From Pelomyxa schiedti (taxonomy: Eukaryota; Protista; Evosea): a DNA stretch of 64,000 bases. The first letter of the stretch is position 1. The number at the start of each line of letters is the position of its first letter. Under the pieces are notes generated by a model. It had not been told where the DNA came from, did no database searches, and was given only the letters and a program-made list of their open reading frames with translations. The stretch is taken from positions 4,430-68,429 of the forward strand of contig JAHLWZ010000863.1 of the NCBI GenBank assembly GCA_020536535.1. Reading direction: 5' to 3'. A program made the position numbers and the translations under genes. Below are positions 12,132 to 23,661 of the stretch, piece by piece.

Positions 12132-14670
12132 ATGAGCGCGAGCGCAAGTGCGAGCGCGACAACGGGGTCAACACCATTTTTTGCGCTGATGGGTGACGTG
12201 GGCTCAGGGAAATCCACACTTTGTGAGAAGTTTACAGGCAAAACAGGACTCAGCTCCAACTCCAGTACGTCCTTCACGAGGGACTCCAAGGTTTGTTTCA
12301 TTTTGCACCTATAATTTAATTCTAAGTTGGCGGGTTTAAGTGCTTACACTACACATAAAAACTAATTTCGTGAAGGTATTCCCAGTTGAAAACCGATACT
12401 GGATTGCCGATACCCCGGGGCTCAATTCATCGATAGGACGTGTAGAACATGCCCTGAATCTGTTGGGTGCATTGCGATTCAAGCCCGTCACGTGCCTTCT
12501 TATGGTGTGTTCCCTCAAAGACCGTCTTGATGGATTGGAGAAGGCAGTGAGTGATCTCGTTGTTCCTTTCGTTGAGGAGTTTGGGAGCAACATCGCGGTA
12601 ATTGTCACCAAGAAGGATACGGCAACAAATGTCACTGTTGCTGAAGTCATTGAGAAGGTGCAAGTACTCGGTCTTGAGAGGGTTGTGGTCACTGGTCGGG
12701 ACACCACAAAGGCAGAATTGATGGAATTCATTCAAACACTGGAAGGTATCCCACCAATTGATGTAACCATGGCCCCATCCCAGTTGGTTTCATACTTCAA
12801 CCTGGCTCCAAATGACCTAAAGACGAGGGCAGTTTACAACAGGTACGTAACGCACTATAAGAATCTGGCCGAATCGGGCACCCAACACATGAACACTTTG
12901 AGGGGAGGCCTAAAACGAGACTTCGCGTTTTCTTTCAGGGCAATCATGTACGATCTCATTCCGACGTACCAGGCCCGGTTCTTCGAGGAACTGAAAGGAA
13001 CCGAGGTAAGCCTTCTTTGGAGTGGTGAGATGAAGAAGGAGTTCAAACGCCAGCTGCTGGAAGTACGAACCAAGTGCAAGGAGGAACTCTATCTCAACCA
13101 TGATTCTCAGTTCAGGCGTTGTCCCCACTGTGGAAACGTCTGGGTTCTGGCTGAGGGTTGTGATGGATGGACAACTTGTGGGGCAATGACTTTTTCAACT
13201 AAAGATTGGAGGCCTCTCAACGTGTTCGAATGGGACATGAGCAAGCTTTTGAAACCATCTGGTGCGGTTTTTGACTGGTCATGTGCCACCACAACTCAGT
13301 CACACCAATTCACCGACGCTCAGATTGAACGGTTCTTGTCAGACCAAGGAACGTCTCCAAAAACTGCCAGTGTGATGAGATTATTGCGCAACCTCGTCAC
13401 ACAAACTGACCAAGCTTATGTGAACCAACAACTTGCAAAGGTGGACCCAGTGATGATAAATGAATTGAATATGTTCCTTCTAACTTCCTATTTCGGTGTA
13501 CCCCGTGAAATAATGGAGAGAGACCCCCTCGGGGTTTCGCGTCTGATAACACAGGCGGATCCGGAAACTACATGGCACGAAGTTTCCTCTCTCGCAAAAT
13601 GCTTTGACTGCACACTTCAAGTCTTCTTTGGACGACAGACACAAGGATCTAACCCTGAACTCACCAAACCTTGTGGAAAACGTATTGCCTGGAAGGAAAT
13701 GGCGCCTGTTCCACCGCCACCTGATTGGACTGCCGAGTGGGAATGCATTGAAAGAGCAATCAAAGAGGTCCAGGACACTGCAACCGACGTCAACCTCCAC
13801 AATCATCTCAACAACAAAGTCACTCCGGAAGTTACCGTTGCTGTGGACCAACCAGTGGCAGATGCGTTTCAAGCACTAAGAACCATGACCAAGTGGAACC
13901 AGAGCGACTCGTGCGTTGTCAAGGTTCGTGACACAGTTCGCGGCAAGTTCTTTTTTCCACTCCCCGAAGGTGGTGCACGAGCAACGACACTGAGAACGCT
14001 GCTAGAGAGCAACGCCTCATTCAGTAATTCCAAAGTTGAAAGCGTTGTGAAGAGAAGCAGAGGGTGGAACGGCCTCACAGATGACGAAATACGAATCGTC
14101 TCACTGTACACAACGGACCTGTTCTATCAGAATCTCAACTCAGTGCTGCACCACAGGAAACCGGCCGCAACCGATCTCGACATCACCGCTTATCTCCTGC
14201 AGTCCCTCAACAAGTGCCCCACTCACCCAGGAAAAGTGTACAGGGGCATACAAAACTTCCAAGCAGCAGCCGATCCAGCCACCACCCAGTATTTGCATGG
14301 CAAACACGTGATTTGGGTTTCATTCGCCAGCTGCAGCAGGAAAGTTGAAACGGCTCAGTTTTTCAGCAAGGGAAAGGATACACCAAGGACACTGTTTGAA
14401 ATCGACCAAGTCTCCGGTGTTGACATCACGCCAGTTTCCGTCATCGCAGGCGAGGAGGAGACACTCCTGATGCCAAACACAGTGTTCCAGGTGGTGGGTG
14501 TTGAGCACGAGGGGCAACTCGACAAGGTTCACCTGAGAGAGGTGCCCAGAGGACCAGATTTGTTGTGCATGATGGAGTGTGCAGAGTCGCCAGATTGGCC
14601 AGGGGATGACACTCCTTGGGCAACTTCCTTGGCCTTCTTGCCTGCAAGTTCTGTCAAAGGTTCCCCTTAG
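12132..14670 (+). CDS. GTPase + Zn finger + mono-ADP-ribosyltransferase, copy B (intact)
   Basis: Exons 12132-12290 and 12376-14670, with the intron at the same position as in copy A. GDVGSGKS/DTPG/TKKD; RRCPHCGNVWVLAEGCDGWTTCG; LYT..FY..LNS.L, VYRG, SFASCS, GEEETL. Confidence 0.88.
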
Positions 14671-14700
14671 TGTTTTCCAGTAGTGAAAAACGAAGTGTAA

Positions 14701-14862
14701 TATTGGACGTTTCAGTCAAAAAACGGCATAATGAATGAAAAATAAAAACAACCAACAAAAAACAAGTTTATCCACTGGGCGCACCCAGTGCATTTCGTTT
14801 GATTTTGATGATAGTTCTCGTTTTTTGTTTGTGTGGCGGGTTTTTGACTGAAACGTCCAATA
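14701..14862. mobile_element. Foldback MITE-like element, TA-flanked (Tc1/mariner-type ends)
   Basis: Perfect 22-bp inverted ends, TATTGGACGTTTCAGTCAAAAA (14701-14722) and TTTTTGACTGAAACGTCCAATA (14841-14862), with terminal TA. Central hairpin CACTGGG-CGCA-CCCAGTG (14773-14790) sits exactly at the midpoint. Confidence 0.7.
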
Positions 14863-14880
14863 CAGCTTTAAAAAACATCT

Positions 14881-14905
14881 GTGTGGGCGAACGTTCGCCC
14901 CACAC
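14881..14905. repeat. Near-perfect palindrome upstream of NAGLU
   Basis: GTGTGGGCGAAC|GTTCGCCCCACAC, 34 bp before ATG 14939. Confidence 0.6.
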
Positions 14906-14938
14906 CTGATCCTTCAAAAAAAAGTTCGAATTTTTGTA

Positions 14939-17900
14939 ATGCACTGCCGTAAACGGTTGGCGGTCCTACTGCTAGTCATCGCAGGTTGTGTGTGCAATGG
15001 AGCGCGTGGTGATGTGGATGCCGTTTCGGGACTCATCAGTCGCGTGATGTCTCGCTCCGACCCTTCGTGCGGGGGGTCTCCCTACTTCAACCTGTCAATC
15101 GCACCCACCCTGCCAGTGCAATCGTTTCGCGGTGGGGACTGGGAGGCTGAGGGGACAGAACGAGCCACCGGTGGGACAGGAGACCGGTACTCAATGTGGT
15201 CGTCCACGGATGGATCCACAGTGTATATTCAGGGTACTACCGGCGTTGCTTTGGCATCTGCATTTCATTGGTACTTGAAATATTACTGCAAGTGCTCACT
15301 GTCTTGGTATGGCTTTTCTTGAATTGGAAATCCCCTCTTTTTTGGAGTAGTTGTTTTTGTTGGATTGGTTGAGAGTGATTCATATAGAAAGATATTGAAT
15401 GAAGATATAGGTTGGGTGATCAGTTGTGCCTTCCTGAAGAGCATCCCTATGTAGAACCCATTGAAATGCAATCTCCTTACCAGTATGGGTACTACATGAA
15501 TACTTGTACATTTGGATACTCCACAGTTTGGTGGGTAGGTTCTCGTCCCTTCCAATTTGATTACTTCAATTTCCTGATGGCTCACTGACCAAATTCTCAG
15601 ACTTGGGACCGCTGGGAACAAGAAATTGACTGGATGGCAATGAATGGTGTAAATCTCCCTCTTGCATTTATTGGACAAGAATATGTTTGGCAAAACGTGT
15701 GGTTGTTGCTTGGAATCCCGCCAGATGAACTTCATGATTTCTTCGGCGGGCCTGCCTTCTTGCCTTGGCAACGAATGGGGAACGAGGATGGATGGCCATG
15801 TTGACTTTTTAGTATTTTAATTGCTACTCTGACCCTATACAGCACCGTTGCCACAGTCGTGGATCCTAAAGCAACATGATTTGCAAGTCCAAGTTGGTCG
15901 TTGTCTCCTATTCTTTTAAGTAATGTTGCATTGCTAGATTTTAGAACGAATGCGTTCCTTCAACATGAAACCCATCCTTCCAGCTTTTGCAGGGCATGTG
16001 CCGGCAGCCCTGAAGTCCCACTATCCCGATGCTGATGTGACACAACTGGTGTCCTGGTCTCCCGGATTCAACGGCACTTACTTTCTGGATCCATTTGACC
16101 CACTCTTTGCGACTGTGGGTGATTTATCTTTTTTTACCAGTGGTTCACAAACTTTCCCCATAGATTGGATCCCTTATGATAAAGGAGCTCGAAGACACAT
16201 ATGGAACGGGTAATCAGCATCAATCAAGTGAAAATGTTCACAAGCCAATTAGATTCCTTTTACAGTTGTGATCCTTTCAACGAAGAAATTCCACCAAGCA
16301 ACGATACAGCATATTTGTCACAAGTTTCTTCAACTGTGTAGATTATTTGCTTTCCTGTTTTTTACTAAGGCAGTAAACAGATCTACTCTTCCATGGCAAC
16401 CACAGATCCAAATGCTGTGTGGGTTTTACAAGGTTGGTTCTTGGTTTATGGGTATGGATTTTGGGGACCAGCACAAGCAGAAGCCTTTTTAAGTGCAGGT
16501 GCATTTAACAGTGTCTTGATCCATTCCGTACCAACATAAAAACCAACCCAGTTGATAATTCTAAGATGCTGATGTTGGACCTGTGGGCTGAAGTCTCCCC
16601 AATATGGAACACAGGGATGTTCTTTGGGAAACCCTTCATTTGGAACATGTTACATAACTTTGGAGGTCGCCCTGGTATGTACGCAGTGCTTGATGCCGTG
16701 GCTACTGGTCCCCCTACTGCACTGGCACAAACAACATCCAATATTGTTGGAACTGGCTACACTCCTGAAGCCATTGAAACTAACCCAGTCGGTTAGCTTC
16801 CTTCCCCTTTCACTTGGAATCCCACTTTGATATCGTGCAGTCTATGACCTCATGAGTGAGATGCACTGGCGTTCAACTGCTCCAGACCTTGACACGTGGA
16901 TAGCCGATTATGCTGTAAGGCGGTATGGATACGACTCTGCCAACATTAAGCAAGCGTGGGCGCTGCTCCAGAATAGTATCTTCGCATGTCACACATCACA
17001 AGGAGGGCCAAATGGTATCATTGCCGGTGCTAGACCCGACTTGGAAATATCTATTGTTGGTTGTTGTGCAAATATGCAATTATACTGGGACCCAGTAGAT
17101 ATATGCAACGCCTGGAGTCTTTTACTAGCGGAATCCGATTCACTGGCAGATCAACCGGCATATGGGAATGACGTTGTGCAAGTAGCATTGCAGGTAAAAT
17201 AGTCAAGTTTTTCGTCTTTTTACATACCTAATACCTCCGATAAGCACTCAACACACGAAATAATGTTCCTGTTTAGGCTTTAGCAAATATAATGACTGGA
17301 TACCACGACAATCTTGTGTCTGCATTCCAGTCTGGTGACTTGGAAGCCTTTGAGGACCTTGCTCAAAAAATCACCTCAATTATAACAGGTGAGTGCTGTT
17401 ACTGTCTTTGTAGCACTTTCTTTACTTACCCCAATTAAGATATGGACACACTTCTAGCAGTAAGCGATATCCCAAATAACTTCACAAAATAAAACTTAAA
17501 TCACTACACTAACTATCTAAAAACAACAACAAAAACCAAATCCCATCCACTCATACACTCCCCAACGCACCCATAATCAAAACTAAAACCCAAACGCGCT
17601 AACGGTTTTCCCCTTCCTTCACAGACACAGGAGATATACCTTCTCGGAAAATGGCTCTCTGACGCCAAAGGGTGGGCCACGGACGAGGCCGAGGCCCTCG
17701 CGTACCAGTACAACGCGAGGCTGCAGGTCACAATTTGGGGATATCCGCTGACGCCCCTCAACGACTACGCGTACAAGATGTGGGCGGGGCTGACGAAGTC
17801 GTTCCACATGAGCCGCTGGCAGACCTTCGTGGACAGCCTGAGGCCGTTTGTTGGGAACCCGGGATTATGGGACCACGAGGAGTACTTGCAGCAGGTCGGG

Positions 17901-18017
17901 GAGGTGGAGCGCCTGTGGACTACAATGACCGACGACGACAGCTACCCGGACCAAATTGTGGGATCCTCCGTGCAAGTCGCTCAGTCGATGTTTGACAAGT
18001 ACTGGGAACAGTGCTAG
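14939..18017 (+). CDS. NAGLU: Alpha-N-acetylglucosaminidase (GH89), multi-exon
   Basis: Signal peptide; [118 protein letters not shown]. Confidence 0.95.
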
Positions 18018-18152
18018 GTCCCCCGAACCAAGTTGGTTTAGGTACTCCTGCCCGGCACGAATGTCGTTTCAACGAGGGAAAAATTGTGTTTCCTCTAAAC
18101 AGGCGAAACAAACCTATCATCTAGATCTTCACTTATTCAAATAAATCAAAAA

Positions 18153-21100
18153 ATGAAGATCGTTGGTTATGCTGTAGTATTGTGGGTTGTGGCTTGTGCT
18201 TTGTTGAGTGGTGCTGTTGAACAGACTTACACTTACGGTAAGTGAGATTCAGGATCTCTATTTGCCGTTAGAGTGCAAGCGTTGAGCAATATAATACTAT
18301 TAATGTACAGTATGAATTGAAGTCACGGTTTGGTTAGTGTTTGATTGCAACGCGAGCGACGCAGCCCAATTATGGGAGTTTGCTGCCGATGGCACCTTCC
18401 ATGTAATCAACAAGGTATGTGCTGACTGTGAAAATTTTTTTTGTCTTCCTGTTCCTTCTCATTTGGGAGAAAATAACTTTTTTACGCAGGAGAAAAATCA
18501 CTGCCTTGGGGTCGAAGGACTTGCCAGAGCCGATGGCTCAGCTGTGGTATTACCACTACATCCTCCTCTATATTCTTTACTCCTTTAACAATCTTCCAAT
18601 GCAGTGGGTTTCACCCTGCCTGGAAGATGACATGTTTTCCCCATTCTGGTCTTACTATCTGCTGGTAACTTTTTATTAGACAGCGTAATCAAGAGTGGAC
18701 ATGGGACAGCACCCAATACTGGTCTCCAATCCTTAGTAAAGTAGGAACAACGTATTGGTTTTTTCGCCATAAACCAGGACATAGATGGATGAGAAATGTC
18801 TTGCAATAGCAAATGGAAACTCTTTTGAAGGCACACTTGTTTGGGAGTGGACATATGAAAGCAGTGACGACCAGTTGGTTGGTGTCATTTACTGCACTCT
18901 TTTTGCTCAAAATAATAGTGGCATTACAATGACGATGGGACGTTTATCAGCAAACTCAATGGCCTGTGTCTTCGTGCTGGCACAGAACCTCTTCCAACTT
19001 GTGAGGATTATCCACTAAATACTTATGACTACTGCAAAGTAAACCTACCTATCGCACAAAGAGCGAGTGACTTAGTATCAAGAATGGTGCGAAAAAGGGT
19101 CTGTGGGTTGTGTTAATTAAGGCCAGACTCTTGATGAGAGGATGTCACAAATGGTCAATGAAGCACCTGCAATATTTAGGCTTGGGATTCCTGAATACGA
19201 CTGGTGGACAGAGTGCCTGCATGGAATATTGACTGACTGTGGGACGAATTGCCCCACTAGCTTCCCTGAAGGTCCTGCATTAGGTAAAATTGTGCTTAAA
19301 TGAATGTATGCCATTCACCTAACAAAGGGGCCACCTTCAACATGAGTGAAATCTTGGAAATGATGCAGGCTGTCTCTACTGAAGGAAGAGCCCTTCACAA
19401 TGAGGTGGTTCCCTGGTCCGTTCGTGACTTCTTTCTCACTCTCCCAGGGTATTGGAGGGTTGGACTACTGGGGTCCAAATATTAATTTAAATCGTGACCC
19501 ACGCTGGGGGAGAAACCTTGAGGTGTTCTCCTTTCATTTTTTCCCCTTCTTATTTACGATATTCCAGACTCCAAGTGAGGATCCTTACCTTCAGTCTCAG
19601 GTTTCACCAAGTTAGATGTTGGTCCGAAAACTACTGACGTTTTGTGGTAGTTTGTTGTGAATTATATTAGAGGCATGCAAGAAGGTGAAGATACACGATA
19701 CTTAAAGACAGTTGCTACATGCAAACATTACGCAGGAAACTCTCTCGAAAATTGGTACCTAGTCTAAATGTGGGAATAAAAACCTAATTCATTGATGTAC
19801 TTTTATCACCAGGAATGGATATGATCGTTATTCCTTTGATGCCAAGATATCTGATACTGATCTGGAGTACTCTTACCTTCCTGCTTTCCGGGTTTGCCAT
19901 CTACTATCTTTTTCCTAGGTGCCTAACTTTCTCTGAAGGCCTGCATCACAGAAGGGAGAGCTAAGTCTGTCATGTGTGCATACAATGCTGTGAATGGCAT
20001 TCCTTGTTGCGCAGATAACGAGCTACTTCAGGTTTTTTCAAATTATGTTTAAGCACGTAACCCTTCACCCAGGAAATTCTCCGAGATGAATGGGGATTTG
20101 ACGGCTATGTTGTCAGTGACTGTGATGCAGTTTCTTGCATTATGAACAACCAGTATTTCTTCCTCTTTTTCGATTTTCAGAGTAGATAACGGATATAGCC
20201 ATTACACTGACACTGCTGAGGATACATGTGCAGTTGCTGTCAAAGCCGGTACCGACCTTGATTGTGGAACATTCTACAATGCTCTGCCCTCCACCGTTTC
20301 CCAAGGAAAACTGACTGGTACTGGTTTCAACCCCCGTATGAAATCTAATATCCTTCGCAGAAGAAGACATAAATACCGCGGTCAATAGGTTATTCACACA
20401 AAGAATTCAACTTGGAATGGTTGGTTCCATCCGCTCTGCGTTTGTCTTCCTGACATACTATCCAGTTCGATCCAAATTACATGCAAGTTTATACAGGGTA
20501 TGGCCCTGAGCTTGTTGATAGTCCCTACCATCAGCAACTCGCTCTTCAGGTGTTCCAACTTTTTAGTACACCGCAATCTGACAAAAAAGCATAGATTGCT
20601 CGTGAGAGTATGGTTTTACTTCAGAATAACCAAAATCTTCTACCACTTGATCCAAGTATGACAGTTGCCCTTATAGGTAACCTTGTTCTTTTGGTTTTAA
20701 CAGAAATAACACTCACCAGGCCCGAATGCTGACGTACGCTCCACACTCTTGGGGTATGTCACTAAATGACATTTTTTTCCCCCACTCATTTCACAGAAAT
20801 TATTATGGAGAACGTTGCCATGGTGGTACAGATCTCTGTGTGCAATCTGTGCTTGAAGCTATTGAAACGAAGACCTCTTCTGTACCTTCCACTTTGTGGT
20901 GATTTCTCTCTTACGTAACTGCAGGTGTATTACGCTAAAGGCTGTGAGATTAAAAGCGAAAGCAAGCTTCACAAATTCACAATTTATTTGACTGATTTGA
21001 CACTCTAGTAACAGTCGGATTTTATGAGGCAATTAAGATAGCTACTCTATCGGATGTTGCTGTCATGGTGATGGGCATTGATACGTCGGTTGAGGTATGT

Positions 21101-22037
21101 TATTCTTACTTTTTTGCTGTTCTTTTCATTTCCATAGTCCGAAGGGAACGATCGATACACCACAACACTGCCGGGTGTACAAGAGGATTTAATTCAGCAA
21201 GTCGTAGCGACGGGAACCCCCGTTGTTGTTGTATTAATAAATGGAGGGTCTCTTTCAATAGGTACCAAGTAATGCTGCTCAGCCTATCAATCATTTTCAA
21301 ATACACAGAGTGGACCAAAGACAATGTTCCTGCAATTCTGGAAGCTTTTTATGCAGGTCAGTCTGCAGCACAGGCGATAGCAGATGTGGTATATTCCGTT
21401 AGTGAATACTTTTCCCTACCAATATGTGCCACTAGCTTTTTGGTGACTACAACCCAGGGGGCAAATTACCTTACACTGTTTATCCTGCTGAGTATGTGGA
21501 CCAAATTCCGCTTACTGAAATGGGCATGTCTGTTTCCCCGGGCCGCACATACAGGTACACAGAGCGGTTGTTTGATACCTAAGCTCTACCATTCTGTAAA
21601 AAGATATTACACTGGGACTCCTCTCTGGCCTTTTGGTTGGGGCCTGTCCTACACCAATTTCACATTAGACTGGTATTCCCAAGAATATCTGCCAGAATCT
21701 CTTGACGTTGGAGCCCAATCAACCAACTACAGGTACAACACTCTTGCATATTTCTTTTCCTCACAACTTTCCCCCAAACACTAGGGTGAACGTAACAAAC
21801 ACAGGAGGCCGTGCCGGTGACGAAGTCGTGATGGCGTTCATAACCGAGAACGCCGCGGCCGGAGCCATAGAGCAGCTTTTTGGCTTCCAGAGGGTGCACC
21901 TTGAACCAGGCGAGTCCGCCACGGTCGAGTTCTTCACTTCCCTCGCTGGCAAAGTCAGTGCCACCAACGGCACACCAACTGCCGTCGAGATACGCGCCGG
22001 GCCTCTGTCCCTCTCTCACAAATTCAAAGCTATTTAA
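18153..22037 (+). CDS. GH3 beta-xylosidase-like glycosidase with an N-terminal ricin-B (CBM13)-like lectin domain, multi-exon
   Basis: Signal peptide; QLW/QYW ricin-type repeats at 18340-18990; [56 protein letters not shown] (nucleophile Asp), [12 protein letters not shown], Fn3-like C-terminus [13 protein letters not shown]. Confidence 0.92.
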
Positions 22038-22269
22038 CATTGGTGTTTACGAAAAAACCAAAAAAGAAGAAGGTGTTACTGGGAAAATTGTCTCTTTTTT
22101 GTACAACAACAACCCCAATTCACCGTTTGTTGATGTGGGGCCACACTTGAGTGTTGGTGGTTTTATAGACCGGTGTGTGGTACGTATGTACATATTGACT
22201 CGTTTCATACGTAAAACAAGCTGTCTGGGCTGCTTTGTTGGTTCACCCAGTTCGTAATCGTCGGTGTGT

Positions 22270-23310
22270 TCACAGGAAGATGTCGTCCACATCACCTGCT
22301 TCCCATTCCATTTCGGATATTTGTGTCCGAACATCACCGCACTCTGTCATGCTCTCCAGAAGTGGCAAGAGGTCAGTGAGTTCGGTGTCCTGTTGGTTGT
22401 CTATCCAAGATGTCACCCCAATCCCATTTTCAGGTTGAAGCATGAAGGATCCTGGAGTGTTGTCAATGATGACAGTGTCTTTCAGGTCACGACCAAGAGA
22501 TCCGAGGTCCTGTACAGTGAATTAAGCAGGACTTCACATAAAAAGGTACTGGGCATACCTTCACATAAACATCATTAAGAACGGTGCAGGAATCACGGTA
22601 AAGGCGTGAAGAGATTGTTTTTTCCTTATCGATGAAGTCAAGGATTGCATCAGCATACTAAAAAAAAACCCATTAGACTCACACTAAATTAGAAATAACA
22701 CTGCAAACCTGAGGTATACTAGCTGTGAATACAACAAGTTCGAATTTATCTTTGAGTGCTTGCAGGAATTGATCGACGCCAGGCCTCTTGGAAACATACA
22801 CGGTTACGTTTTGTCCCTCCAGTTCCAAAGAGAAGGTCAAATCGGTGTTGGTTACAGGCTGTGGATGTGTTGATACAAGCAACGAAAGCAGTACGATGAC
22901 GTACCACCAATGAACTGTGGATCAATGTTTCGTCGAGGTCGAGGACAAGGGTTTTCTTGCACTGTCCAGGCAACCTTTTTGAAAGGGGCATGTCGTTGTA
23001 AGTACGTGTGTATACACACGATTACGGTTTATTATTTTGATGATAATGATGATCTCAATCAAATGGAAGTGAAAAAACTCACTGGTTGGGCGGTGGCAGT
23101 AGATTCGGCTGTGTCCGAATCTTGGGTTGTGACTGATGCTTAAACCCAAATAAATTACTGATCATATGTTGCAGCCGTGAAAGAGGTCTCGCGTCTTTGG
23201 TAACACGGTGTTAACACAACGAGGAAAATGGGGTTTAAGAAGTAGTCACCAGTGGAGGAGACGGAGATCATCCTTTGCACGAACAAGTACAGTACAAGTA
23301 AAAACCCCAT
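22270..23310 (-). CDS. SCP/FCP1-like CTD small phosphatase (HAD family), multi-exon
   Basis: KKTLVLDLDETLIHSS, VYVSKRPGVDQFL, VFTAS, YADAILD, LYRDSC, DLGSLGRDLKDTVIIDN. Stop at 22270; start position approximate. Confidence 0.88.
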
Positions 23311-23661
23311 CTTCGATGTGCCTCGCGTTTACGTGTGTTGGGTTTGTTTGTTTGGTTTTTGTTTTGTTGTGAGTTGTTGTGGGGTGAGATTTTGGCATTT
23401 TAAAAAACCAAACAAAAGCCCGGCTGTCGGCCTACTGCCTGTTGTGCCTACGAAGTTCATGTCTTTTTGCCGGCAGGAGCGAATTGTTGTTCCGGCCTAC
23501 TAAAAAACTTCCAGCGGGTTCGGGAAGGTGCAACATCGAATGCCTAATTTGGGTAGATGTCCGCGGGTTTCCCGATGGGCTACCACGATCATAGAATTTT
23601 CGGATAGAAAACAGGTAGTGAGAGTTTAGATACACAGGCAGTGATGAGGTTTTTCAGGGGT

